Shown: piece by piece, positions 14,681 through 29,300 of the stretch
Layout: each line of letters begins with the position of its first letter
Position numbering within the stretch: the first letter of the stretch is position 1
Assembly: GCA_044892525.1 (NCBI GenBank)
Contig: CM097885.1
Span: 9,488,001-9,552,000 of the forward strand
Source of the DNA: Schmidtea polychroa
Taxonomy: Eukaryota
Direction of reading: 5' to 3'
DNA length: 64,000 nucleotides
Translations under genes and position numbers: made by a program
Notes under the pieces: model-generated
Told to the model about the DNA's origin: nothing
Database searches by the model: none
Seen by the model: the letters and a program-made list of their open reading frames with translations, nothing else

Positions 14681-16172
14681 GAACATAATGAAAAGCCAAG
14701 GAGTCCCTTAATTTTATAAACTTTTTAACGATTGTTAGACTGAAATACAATACACATATATAGTCCGTCGTGTTTTAGCAGCAAGAACGCTTGTTTACCC
14801 TATTTATTCGTTAATCGTTGGAATTCGTTATTTAAACATAGAAAAAGAACCAACCAAAAGACTTTTTTTTTCACATATAAACTTCATTAAATTACATTTA
14901 TTCTCCGTGTTTTTATCGTTCAACCGGAAAGAATAATATTCCACCAAATATTCAAAGGTTGTGTTCTTCCCATCCAGCTCAAATATCTTATTAAAATTGT
15001 AAATGTATATTGGCTTTATTCAAATTTTTTAATTCTTAATTAATTACATATTGTTACTTATAAGGATTACTTATAAGGATTATGAGTGCAGGGATTCATT
15101 TGAATTAGTTAATTTTATAACAAAACAGGCTATAGATCCGTCTAAATATAGGGTGTTTTCGGTGTCACTAGTTTGTTAACAAATGAAACTATTGATCCTT
15201 GGAGTAATTCGCGGACTGAGAAAATGCTGAATGATCAGATATTAGAAAAAGTTGCATTTCGTGAATTGTTGATTTTGGCCGCTTTGTTGCATTTCTTTTC
15301 AATGATAATTGGTATCAAGAAATTGATGGCGTATCTAGGAAATCACCCGTAACTCCAACTCTTGCAATAATTTTTCTTTCAACATTATAGAAAAAGATTT
15401 ATACTTTTCCTTTTATGTTAATTAGAATGTAGTTCTTATCTTATACCTTTGAAAAATCTAGCAATACATAATCTTGGTTCTCTTTTGAATAAAATTGGAT
15501 ATTCAAAGGGTTTTATTAGAAAGATTGACTAATGAATCCAGTGCCGTAACTAACATTTTTTGGGCCCCTATATTTTTTTGGGAAAAAGTAATTATAGTTC
15601 AAATAGATATCATATAAATAATTTACCAAGAAATCATCACTTTATAAATATATAAAATATATTAAAGAATATTAAATCATTGAAAAGAATTACATGATAC
15701 TAAAAAACACATTTTGTTTCCAGAAAAATATTGTTTATTTTTTACGTCAATATTACACATAAAGATTTAATGAAAATATTATAAAAAACTGTTTTCAATT
15801 TTCACTGCTGATTTCTTTTCAATTGACATTGTATTTATTAAAAAGTTTGACTATGAATCAGTAGTTTTGATCTAAATCACTTGAAAAAGGCAGTGAAAAA
15901 TTTGTGAATATCAACAAAACATCAATATATTTACTGATTCTTAGTGAGCCTTTTTAATAAATACAATTTAATGAAAATAATTTATAAATATCAATAAAGA
16001 TTTGTATCATTGTTTACCTTTGATCTGTTTAATTTATTCGATGATATCTCATTTATTTTCATCATTATTGAAATAACACTTAATAAAGGCAAAGCGAAAA
16101 TTGATCTATAGTCAGAATGAAAATAAATGAAATATCAAAATTTATAAATATATTTATATAAATCATGTACAG

Positions 16173-19100
16173 ATTAGACTTCGAGACAAAGTAGAAGACT
16201 TACAAGCTATTATTTTAAAAAGGAATGCGGATTCCTTGGATTTGAAAAGTAAAGATTTGGAAAATCACTTGTTTATTAAGAGAGAAGAAGAAAAATTGAG
16301 GTCATCAAAACTGATAATGGATTTGGAAATAAGAAATCGTCAACTTAAAGAGCAAATGGAAACTGTTCGATTTGATTTACTAAATAAGGTAAGTGAATTT
16401 CTTTTTCGTTGAGTTTTGTTGAGTTTTGTCCCTACTTTAGATTTTGCATTTGGAAGAAAAGCTCACTATCAGTGAAGTGGAAAAGGAATGTTATAAAATC
16501 AATTATAAAGATCTCGAAACCGCAAAGGAACAAAGATCAGATGTTTTGGAGAAATTTTCAGCTTTACAAAAGGCATTTGATAATCTGCAGAGTCAAGCCA
16601 ACTCAATGGTTAGCTTGATATTAAGTTTAATTGAAGACATTTTCAAAGATCTCGAATTAAACTGAAATTAATAATTAAGTTAAAATACCTTTGAGTCATA
16701 AAGTGCAATATCAACATTTCTTGACATTTTTCGCTCCAAAATAGATCAAACGCACAACCAAGAGAAAATATATCGGAGTAAGCTGTATCTTTTGCTTATG
16801 AAAAACTCTTGCGTCAAGAACAATAAGGTTGATCAGAGTAAAGAAGTTGCGGGACAAATGTAGGGGAGAAAGTTTTCGTAAAAAGAGTATTGGAACTTTA
16901 TAGCTAAAATATTGAAATATGTATTTATTTATTAAGATATACTGCTAATTGCATATTCGGGGTGCGCCAAAGTTAAATCACATAAATAATTATTAATGAT
17001 AAACCAAGCTATCTATCATTGAGTGCTTGCAGCAAGATTTCTTGTTTCCCAAATGCAGATTCTTCATAAGCTTTAGCAAAGTAGTTCTTACTATCTCTAG
17101 CTTACTTTATGTTTTATTTTGGGATTTCTTTGAACCTTTGTCACTAATTGAATCCTTATTGCCCGTTTCCCATATTTCGGCTTTCCTGATAATGGTATGT
17201 CCATTATTAATCCTGCTTTCAATTTCCCCTCAAATTTAAGGGGTTATTGAAATATTCATTCAACATGACATCGCATTGTTTTCTTCAACCAACTAAAATC
17301 CATATGTGTATCCCAATGCATTAGTAGCCAATTTCTGATGTTTGATGAAATTAACACCAAAATAAAGTGAAAATCAATTAAAAACATCAAATTCACAATA
17401 ATAATTAAAAGTAAAAAATATTACTTAAAAATCAAAGATATTAAAAGTGAATATTTTTTGGGGAAAACTGGTATGGGAGGATGCAAAACAATGAGGCGAA
17501 TTCAAATATAATAAAATAAAATCAATTGGGGGGGGGGGTTCCCAGAAGGAAATATTTACAAATAACTAAAATTAAATAAAAATTAAATAAATTAAAAAAC
17601 CCAATCTAATAGAAAATCCGAGTCAACAAAATTATTGAAATAGTTCACTTCAAAATGAGGAAAACACGAGAGAAAAGAGAGCCGATTGTAAATTAAATTC
17701 GGGAAAATTAACATAAAATTCAATAAATTGTCCGAAAACCTTAAAGCTTCAAATCAAATAGGTTATCAAGAAAATCCCGGGTAAAAAAAGGCTCAAAATG
17801 AAAAAAAAATCAATTTAATTGGGAAAGAATTTAATTAAAGAATTAAATGCGCAACCATGTCATCAGAATTGACAGTTGATCGAAGAAAGAAGCTTGATAA
17901 ATTTAAAGAAGTTGGAAACGATTGAAAACTTAGTGATAGCCAAATCGAGTTGAGTCTACAAGTAGCAGAAAGGAAGATCTCCCATTGGATGATATATCCA
18001 TATGCCAGACTCAAAGTGATATTAAAAAGTGTGCAGAATAAAAAAGTATTACGAAAATTGGTGTAAAGTGAAATTCTTGTATTAAAGTATGTAAATAATA
18101 AAAGTGTAATTGTGGTAATTTCGAATAAATATTATTTTGGATGGTTCGATTTGAATAATTAAAGGGCACCAAGGAGTCAGATACTGATATCAACTTACAT
18201 AAATAGCCAACACAATGATGTCATCATTATCATTTCTGGAAATGAGTTTAACAGTGAATTATATATTTTTCACAATGCAGTAACAACCTAAAAATTTGGT
18301 TTTTGTCAAAGTGTTGAATGATCAGATAATAAATAACTGATTTGTAGTGATTTGAAATATTTCGTTTTTCTATTTCTTGCATACATAATTTACAGATATG
18401 CCTCGTTTTACGTCGCTTTGCTCATACGGCGCTAAATTATTTTTCGACGCATGTCTCGTACTTACAGCAACCATGTTCTGTACAGCTTTTAATCAACAAA
18501 TTTTCCATGCGGCGTTCAGTTTGAACGAATGTATACCCATATAGATATGGGCCCCCTATCCTATTGTAATGTAAGCGTTAATAATAAGAATCAACATTTG
18601 TCGTTATTATTTATATTATTATTTTTTATGTGATTGTTGTTATTTTATTTGTTGTTATTTTTTATTTTTACAAGTTAACATAAATTATAATAACCAAAAA
18701 ATAATTATAAATCAAAATTAAAAAAAAAGATCGATAAAAATTGGAAAATTAATTAACGAAAATAACTAGACAACAAAAAATTCAAACTAAAACTTATCAA
18801 GAGAAAATACGAAAAGAAATCCAACCTAAATTAATCCAAGGATAGATTTAGAATATAAATTACAATTATATTTCAAGTTCCTATATTATTCAAGTCCGCG
18901 TGATCTTTACAAATTATAAGTTTCGTGATTTTGGATATTCCACATATTCCACATATTCCATTATTGGGCATTCTACAAAACTGTACATGTACAAATTCCA
19001 AGTTCCATAATTTTTGACTATTGAACTATAAAGCAATTTACAAATAGAGATCTCAAGATAAAGACAATATTGATTCATTAATATTTGCTTAATAAAAGTT

Positions 19101-20258
19101 ATATAAGTTTATTTGCTGTGTTTTATTATTTTGGTTCAAATTAAACGTTTGATATTAATATAATTGTAATAAATTCTCCCCATTAGTCAACACACACAAA
19201 CACCCCAGCAGTTCGGAAACAGATTTTAAAGGTGACTCTGATGGGTTCTGACAACTTCTCTACAACATAACAATTAATAGTTAAATTTACAAATATAGTT
19301 AAATAAGTTCCTAAGGAACATAACCACAATACCTATGATGTATCCTATGATTTATCCTATGAATTATGCTATGGTGTATTCAACTGTGTATCCTATGATG
19401 TATTCAATGATGTATTCAATAGTATATCCCATGATGTATCCTATGGCGTATCCTATGGTTCTACGATCTTAATGTTATGTCTTTCTGCTGCCCTTAAGAT
19501 AAAAATAGTGACATATTTGATTAAAAAAGGTAACACGCCAGGCCTTTTTGGTTGAATCACGATTCTAAGAGCAAACCATTTATATGATTATTATAAATTT
19601 CATTATATTATTCAATATCCACCAATTATTTTTTTTAAAATACTAATATATTTTACAAAATAATCTAAACTTTCTGGCCCTTTATGATTCTAATCTATAG
19701 GAAGCGAGAAATTCGGAACTGAACATAGAATATATCAACTTGTCAAACTTGGAGGGAAATTTTAAACGAAAATCACTTCAACCTGTTTCAAATACTCCAA
19801 CAACACAAGTAATATAAATTTATATAATATTATATTTATAAATCAGAATTTAATTAATTAATTTGTTTATTTATTTAAGGGAACACGGGATCTAAAAGGT
19901 TCAAACACACATCAAGAGTTAAAGATTTTGTCCCCAATCAGCCCATCTAAGGACAGAAATCTAAAATTGAGATTGTAAGTATATTTTCTCTTTTATTACA
20001 ATTTTATTCTTTTTTACGTATAATGCAAATAATGATTTGAAAATTCTAAAATTGTTACTTATCGAATTTCGAAATCTTTATTTTTATTATAAATCATTAT
20101 AAATTATAATGTTATATCATTTCAATATTTTTATTTTTAGAATTTAGTGCATTTGTTTTAATTTATAAATATGCACGAAAATACTATAAAATTTTAATAC
20201 AAGAAAAGGAATTTTTAATAAGAAATAAGTAATGTAAGCCCTACATACAATTTTTTTT

Positions 20259-20316
<58 letters not shown>

Positions 20317-23300
20317 TTGAAAATAACATCTCCCGCGCGGAGGTTAATATCTTTACCAATAATAATGTTAATAATGATATATATATATATATATATCAGT
20401 AGATAGATCTTGCACTGAAAATTGCATTCTGAAATGTTATCATTAAGAAAATAATTAAAAAAAATTATTACTCCAGAGGTCAAATGCAAGAAGAATTACA
20501 AAATTCTCGCTCAATCGCTCAAGAAAGACTCAAAGAACTATCGCAATTATCAATAGTATATTTATTGAAAATTATTGAAAATGTGATTAAAACAAATTAT
20601 TTTTGAAAAATAGGAGCTGATTGTCGTGAAAGAGGAAAACCAAAAATTGGAGTCGCAGATAAATTATATGAAAAGGTACCTAAATCAAATTTCACAGGAA
20701 TACCAGAAACAGATAAAAAATTATGCCACTTTAAAACTTGTAATTTTCATTTTATAGCGATTTGTGAAAAATGATTTAAACAAATAATTATATTTTTATT
20801 TAGGATGGAATGAACTCTAATGGAAATACAAATACAAATTATAAAATGGAAATATCTTCCTTACTTAATCAGTATGATTCAGTTTACGCTACCAAAGAGA
20901 ATCAACTGAAAACCTCTATGAAGGATCTAGAAAATAGACTTAACGCTTTGAGATCCTGGAGTGACAAGGCAATCATCGAGTACATGTAATGCTTATGTGA
21001 AAACTTTCTACATATTCGAATGTAATTATTTTTAAGATTAATCAGAGATCAAGTGAAACAAATGGACAACATAAATATTGGTCCCGACCCTAAAGATATT
21101 ATAGCCAGCAATCCTACACCAACTGAGACAGTGAAGTTATTAAAGAAATATTTCGACAACCAAGAATCTCATAAAACGTAATTTCCATGATTAAATATTA
21201 TATTTTACGTGGCGTGTCCATTAAGTAGTAGGCCTAATTTAGAAAACAAGGGGCAATTCCAAAACATTGTTTTACTCACAATATAGAATTGTTTCAATAA
21301 AACTTCCGAAAACGTTAATCCATAATTAAACATAATAAAATACAACGAAATAAAAAAAATACAACTGCATCCCACCTCTGACAACCAATCACCGTAATGC
21401 ATCTTTGGTGCTGGTGCTTCTAGAGGGTGAATTTAAAACATTTAAAACCATTATATAATAATATTTAATAAATATTAACAATTAAATGATAATTTAAGCT
21501 TTTTGCTGCAAATATCATATAATACAAATGAAAAAATTTTCGACTAATTTCTATTCGACGAAATTGACAAGGACTATCGTAGGTACTTCCGTGTTATCTT
21601 ACCGCCAAAAATTAAATTATAAAATACAATTAAAATAACAATATAAAAAATGAGAGAATACATTATTGATGATGTTATTGAACATTATTGAACATGAATT
21701 TATTAAGGCTATCTGTGATTTATGTGATTATGTGAGTTTATATGGCGCAAACGTGTTCTAAGTAACAGTGCCGATGTGTTCGACACTATTCTCAACGACA
21801 TTGTGGTTTTCTAGCCACCTGGATGACCATTTACAAACTCTTTACAAACATTTGCTGAGTTTGTAACTGTGATTTAGAAAATAAATATAATAATTATATG
21901 TGTTCTTTTTTAATTTAGTTTTTGGGGGTAAGATAACACGGAAGTACCAAATCATATAGTGGAAACTTTTTTATATTGTATTAAATATATTATTTACAGC
22001 AAAAGGCTTAAATTACTTTATAATTAATAAATAGTAATAATAATAAGCACCGAATATCATTATTAAATCAATTCCTAAAACTTATAATATGAAAAAGCAT
22101 CTTAGATAACCATATTTTTCTATCAAATATATATAAATTGACTGAATTACTGAATGGAGGTTGAAAATAAACGTAATATTTACAAAGAATTTGTGAATTG
22201 TTATTCCAACTAAATTGCCTGCTAATATGTAAATTTTGCTTGAGAACAATTATGTACTTCTTACTTAATAACGCAACCCCCCCACATATGTCCTGGTAAA
22301 TTCCAAAGAGTAAGGCAGCATGAAAGTAAAAAATTACAATTTAAAATACATTTATAGTAGTATGATGTGAGCTCCCCAGACCAGGAGCCCGCCAGGCCAC
22401 ATATACCCCCTCCCCCCCCCCGGGAAAAAATTTTTAGAACGATGCCACATATTTTTAGAACTATTGCGTAATTTTTAAATTAAGTGATCCAGAGTGCTCA
22501 CACTTTTTTTCATCCCAAAAATTTAATGTTCTCGTTAACAGATTTTATTGGACGATACCTCTTCTTAAAGCTCAGTCCAAGACCTTTCGAATGAGCTATA
22601 TGTATTTTATATATCTTTAATAGTTTTAATGTTATTAACAATTGATGACCACCATCTTTTCAACGTTAAATTATTATTATTATTCAAAATATTATTAATT
22701 GGTCCAGCGGGCTCCTACTTTTTTTCATCCCAAAAATTAATGTTCCCATTATCCGAATTTATTGGACGATACCTCATCTTAAAGCTTAGTGCAAGACCTT
22801 TCGAATGAGCTATTGAAGGTATCATCATCATTAATATTAACAAAGAGAATGACTCACCCAATGACTCACCCAACGATGCCAAATATTTTTAGAATGGTGC
22901 CTCTTATTTTTAGAATGGTGCCTCTTATTTTTAGAATGATTACGTCATATTTTTAGAATGATGCCTAATATTTTTAGAATGATTACGTTATAATTTTAGA
23001 ACGATGCCTAATATTTTTAGAATGATTACGTTATAATTTTAGAACGATGCCTAATATTTTTAGAATGATGCCTAATATTTTTAGAATGGTGCCTCTTATT
23101 TTTAGAATGGTGCCTCTTATTTTTAGAATGATTACGTCATAATTTTAGAACGATGCCTAATATATTTAGAACGATGTCTAATATTTTTAGAATGATTACG
23201 TCATATTTTTAGAACGATGTCTTATATTTTTAGAATGATGCCTAATATTTTTAGAATGATTACGTCATATTTTTAGAACGATGCCTCTTAATTTTAGAAT

Positions 23301-26300
23301 GATGCCTAATATTTTAGAATGATTACGTAATATTTTTAGAACGATGTCTAATATTTTTAGAATGATGCCTAATATTTTTAGAACGATGACTCACCCTATG
23401 ACTCATAATTTTTTCCAAAATATTATTAATTGATCCAGAGGGCTCACACTTTTTTTCATCCCAAAAATTAATGTTCCCGCCAACCGATTTTTCTGATTGA
23501 TACCTCATCTTAAAGCCCAGTGCAAGACCTTTAAGATGAGTTATAGATTCATATCATATGATGCCTCATCACATTTTTAGAACAAAGACAATGGCTCACC
23601 CAATGTCTCACCTTATTTTTAGAACGATTACGTCATATTTTTAGAACGGTGCCTAATATTTTAAAACTGATTACGTCATATTTTTAGAACGATGCCTAAT
23701 ATTTTTAGAATGATTACGTCATATTTTTAGAACGATGACTAATATTTTTAGAATGACTCATCACATTTTTAGAACGATGCCTAATATTTTTAGAGCGACG
23801 CCTCGTATTATTTTTCAAAATATTATTAGTGATCTAGCGGTGACATGGTTTTCGTTTGCCCAAAATTTATCGTTCCCATCATTCTACTTCATCGATCGAT
23901 AGCTCATTTTAAAGCCCAGTACAAGACCTTTAAGATGAGTTATAGATTCCTATCATCCCATGACTCGTCATATTTTTAGAACGATACCTCTTATTTTTAG
24001 AATGATTACATCATATTTTTAGAACGATGCCTCTTATTTTTAGAACGATGCTTAATATTTTTTAGAATGATTACGTAATATTTTTAGAATGATGCCTCAT
24101 ACGATGACTCATCATATTTTTAGAACTAATAATTTTTGTTTTAATTATTGATTACATAATAATTTAATTTTGTTTAAATCGTTGATTATATAATTTTGTT
24201 TAAATCATTGATTATATAATTTTTTGTTTTAATTATCGAATACGTAATAATATAATTTTGTTTAAATCGTTGATTACATATTATTATTTTTTAATTTTCA
24301 ATATTTTCTTTTAAAATATTAACGCGAGCAGGGAATATTATTATCATATATACTCCTAGTCTATCCGACAAAATATTCTATCCCTCTATGGGTAATGGTC
24401 ACAAGGGTACTACTCACATTCAACATGTCGCAAGGGTTTTCGATCTTAAAGCATATTATGGTTTATTAAGGTTAGTAAATAAAACTTATAACACCTACTA
24501 TTTTTAATAATATTTAAACGATAAAAATCAAGACAAGAGAGGACAAGGCAAAGTTTATGCATTTAGTATTGCCAGGCCTAATGAGCAGTGACCAAATATC
24601 TGTGCCTGAAAGACACGGTGGATATTTGTTCGCGTCCACAAGGGTCGTCTGTGCCTCCCCAAGTGGGGTCAGAAGCACCTGGGCATTATAGCTTTCCGTA
24701 CGGAACATTACGCCTAGCATGGGTAGTCAACTACCAGCACATTCGAAACGTATAATTTCAAAATACATGCGTCATTGGCACTATAACCAAATTAATTAAT
24801 GTTTTCACTAACACAAACATATATTTACAGAGGCCTCCCACTAGTTGGATTACAACCGCCCACCACGACGATCAGCTTGTAAATATATATTAATTAAGGG
24901 ATAAAGAGGACCCACCCAACCCTATTATATTTAATTTACAAAAGGTTTCTCGCTCTTCTGCTGGTAATCTATCTCAAAATTATCATCTCCATCGGGCCAT
25001 TTGGAATACATCTTGCAAATTGGATGTATTTCTTAGTTTCTGATGCGGTTTCAACTATCATTGCTAAAATTTAAAAGCCATTACAGATGTTATTTAACAT
25101 TTTATCGCCACAGGCTTGATAAATTAGGCAACTGTTATTTGTGGTATACTTTATCAATATAATTTCTTATCAATTCACACCATAAAACACCGATACCTAA
25201 ATATAATATATATATTTTAAAGAATTAATTCATGTCTTACATTCGAAATCTTTCATATTCTTCAGGTATGATGAGTACTTAATTGCTAAAACATCGGTTT
25301 TCCCATTTTTCTTGACATTCGTAGAAAGAAAGTTTACATAATTTAAGTCTGATAAGTAAACATTCATGTTGAAGGACACCCACAATCATCTAATTCATTT
25401 AAGAAATCTCTAAATCCACAACATAAGTCCTTTAGTGTTTCAGCATTTTTTCTGGTTCATCTTCTTCATAATTATATAATTCATTTTCTTCATTACTAAG
25501 TAAAATAATTAAAATATTGTAGTAAATTCTTTATATACTTACTTTATGGATACTAAAACGAAAGAAAAAAGTTATATGAAAAGTTTATTTAAATAATTTA
25601 AATTTAGTTATTTAAAAATATTTAAACAATTTAGTTATTTAAGCATATTTAAACATTAATATAGTAAAATTTTATATAATATTATAATATTATGTACACT
25701 TATATATCCTTCATTTAATTTTTTAAGTTCAAAAATTTATAATGAAGATTCTTTGAATTAAAAAAATATTCTGTTAGTATTTCCAGGCAGAAAACAACGA
25801 ATTCAATAATTAAAATCTTAATTTTCATGTTGTTAGGGTTGTGGCCAGAAGTTAATCGCCATCTATTCGTTTGTTCAGTTATCACCCTGTTCTCAATTTC
25901 GCTAAATTTTGTTCAAAAAATTCTATTTTCAATGGTATATTAAAAACATTTAAGGTATCCTTCAGTAAAATAATATAGTATTTTTGAGTATGTTTTAGTT
26001 AATTTATAAATAACAGTATTTTGATATATCAATAAAGACCATATACTCCGAGTTTATCCGACAAAATATTCTGTCCCCCTATGGGTATTGCTAGCAAGGG
26101 TACTACTCACATTCAACATGTCGCAATATTAATCAGTTAGAAATTCTTAGGTAATTTAGTGAGATGATCAGAAATTCGTGAATATTTTAAATGTAACTTT
26201 ACACTTATGTCGAGCGACTAATTTATTGGTTAACATTTTAGACATTTAAAGCAAAAGGTAATTTATTCATCTAATGTTCGTTACAATAGTTAATAATATG

Positions 26301-29300
26301 AGAAAAACATGGTCATTATTCATTGATAATTTTAAATTCTTTATCATTTGGAGTAAATTTGTTCGAGGCAAAAATATTTAAAGGAGTCATAATAGAAATA
26401 TGGTTATCATTTAACCAAATAAGGTGCTTATTAGTTAAAAATACATGTTCATATAGGGTTACAATTCTTTTCTAATTTAATTAGATGATCATTAGACGTA
26501 ATATATCTTTTCGAGAAATTTAAGATGTTTGAGTAACCAAAACATGGATATTTTGTGCGATAAATTTATGAATATTGGTTAATTTTGTTATTTTTAGACA
26601 TTTAAAATAATATTTAGCAAAGGTAATTTAGCAAAATATCATTTATCCACCCGATAACAATATTCATTCAATAGATTAACTGATATTCAACCTATTTAAT
26701 TTCTAATTAAAATCATAAATTTCCTTCAATAAAGTTAAATTTTCTTTAGTTGTCGATGTCCAACTCTTTTAAGTCTATATTTTTGTTACCGTTATCTTCA
26801 TAATGAATGTCCGTCTTTAACATGTTAAAGCAATAATTTAAAGCAATAACCTTTGATATCAATTATCTCTAAATATTTCATTGACAAAACCAAGTAAATT
26901 AGTCATTAACCCTAAACACTTTGATAAAATCCTGGATAATTAATAGACTATTTCCCTTGAAACATTTCCAATAAGAACATCACCCATTTAAATATTCAAA
27001 ACATTTCCACCCTAACCGATCCCTCACCAAATATTTCTACCCCTTTAAACATTCAACCGACTATATCCCCCTTTAAATACTATATATTCCCAACTTAACC
27101 GAACCCTCACTAAATCCAACCGACTATATCTCTTAATTTCACCCACTTGAGCCCTTTAATATATCTTAAAATCTATAGAAAAATCTTCAAAATATGAATT
27201 TTATTTAATTGTTACAGACATTTTTCCATTGAAATAATTTAGTAGCTAAATTCAAAGAGTCCACTTAAAGATCAAAATTCATTAAAATAAATATTTAACC
27301 ACATGTATCATCAAATACCTAACTAGAGATGATAATATCTCATTAATTGATCATAATTATAACCATTATAACATGATATATCTTTCAAACTAAATCACAA
27401 ATTTCAGTATATTTTACATTAATTTTCAAGTAGATTTCAAATATATCATCATCGTGATAAAACTAGCTGGTTTCAACTTTAGATTTTCAATATTTTAAAG
27501 TTCATCAATGTGTAAATATTCTTAGAAAATATATGAAAAAATTAATTAGTCAAATTCAATATCATTACAAAGTCATCATCATCAAAATTTATCCTATCAC
27601 TTGATTATTAACCTCATTAAAAATTAATTTTTATTTAAAATTTAAAAACAAGTCAATAAAATATAGCAAATTATCAAGAAATTAATTAAATTTATCTTAG
27701 AATTAACACTAAACCTTAAATATTCTTTCAATTAACATGAAATTCACAAAAAATGTTAGTAAAATCCTCTAAAAAATTACCAATGAATTTAATGCCAAAT
27801 AATAACCAAATATTTGCCTAAATAAAACACACCAATACCTTTACGACCAGTACCCTTACGACCAATACCCTTACAAGCAGTACCCATAGAGGGAGAAAAT
27901 ATCTTGTCGGATAAACTCAAAGTATATATAATAAAACGAATTAACAATAACTCCATCAAATTGAATCAGTCAAATTATCACAAATTTTAATAAAAAATCT
28001 TATTCTAAAATGGTAAGCAGCGTAAAATCGAAAGATAATTTTGATAACACAGAGATAAAATTAACAATATTATTCTCAGGTGGTAAGAATCATCATTATT
28101 ACATGATTAATTAATAATGAAATTCAAAAAGGTGAAAATAAGTGTTTGAATTATTCATTAATGGAAAGTAAAACTAAACATAGCGAGAAGTGGCATAGAT
28201 AAGATGGAAATATATTAATTGCATTTATTTAAAATTATTTCATGAAATTCATTAGAATAATGACTTTAATAAAAAATATTTAATAAAATGTTCAACGAAA
28301 TATTTGTTGGGAGGATTAGTGGAAAATGGGGGGGGGGGCTATAAGTGATGAGGATATATAAAATTATTTCTAATATATGAGTTACTAACGAATTAAATTA
28401 TTTTAATAATGTGATAAACATTTATTTTGATAGAGTATTTAATCCACAAATGAAAACATACATAACAAATGGTATTTGACTGAGCAATTATGATAAATTC
28501 ATATTTTAAATTTTGATTAACTCCTTTAATATTGAATTATTATATTTACTATTTTACACTAAATATTTCAAAAACAAATATTCTAAAAGATAATTTAAGA
28601 TACATTACTCTTTTCAATCAAAATGATCTCTCAAAGTTAAGAAGGAAACAAAGTGTGCCAGAACACATACCCAGCATTAACATTAAAACACCAAGTAATC
28701 AATGATAATAGAGGGATAACAGACTCAAAAAAAAATTATTCTTACCACCTGAGAATAATATTGTTAATTTTATCTCTGTGTTATTAAAATTATCTTTCGA
28801 TTTTACGCTGCTTACCACTTTAGAATAATATTTTTTATTAAAATTTGTGATAATTTGACTGATTCAATTTGATGGAGTTATTGTTAATTCGTTTTATTAT
28901 ATATATACTCTGAGTTTATCCGACAACATATTTTCTCCCACTATGGGTACTGCTTGTAAGGGTATTGGTCGTAAGGGTACTGGTCGTAAAGGTACTGTTG
29001 GGTTTTAATGATTTTATTTAGGCAAATATTTGGTTATTATTTGGCATTAAATTCATTGGTAATTTTTTAGAGGATTTTACTAACATTTTTTGTGAATTTC
29101 ATGTTAATTGAAAGAATATTTAAAGTTTTAGTGTTAATTCTAAGACAAATTTAGTTAATTTCTTGATAATTTGCTATATTTTATTGACTTGTTTTTAAAT
29201 TTTAAATAAAAATAAATTTTGATGATGATGATGACTTTGTAATGATAATTTGACTAAATAATTTTTCATATATTTTTCTAAGAATATTTACACATTGATG

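Noticed and set aside
15152..15250. Possible extra phase-0 exon (GVFGVTSLL...)
   Set aside because: Weak donor and no recognisable similarity. Direct 7557-16173 splicing reads naturally.
20477..20555. Resemblance of EELQNSRSIAQERLKEL to Bre1/RNF20
   Set aside because: Generic coiled coil. The other exons fit CCDC78 and the spliced product has no terminal RING.
22860..24130. CRISPR-like appearance of the regular short repeats
   Set aside because: The units are contiguous with no unique spacers, there are no cas genes, and the context is eukaryotic.
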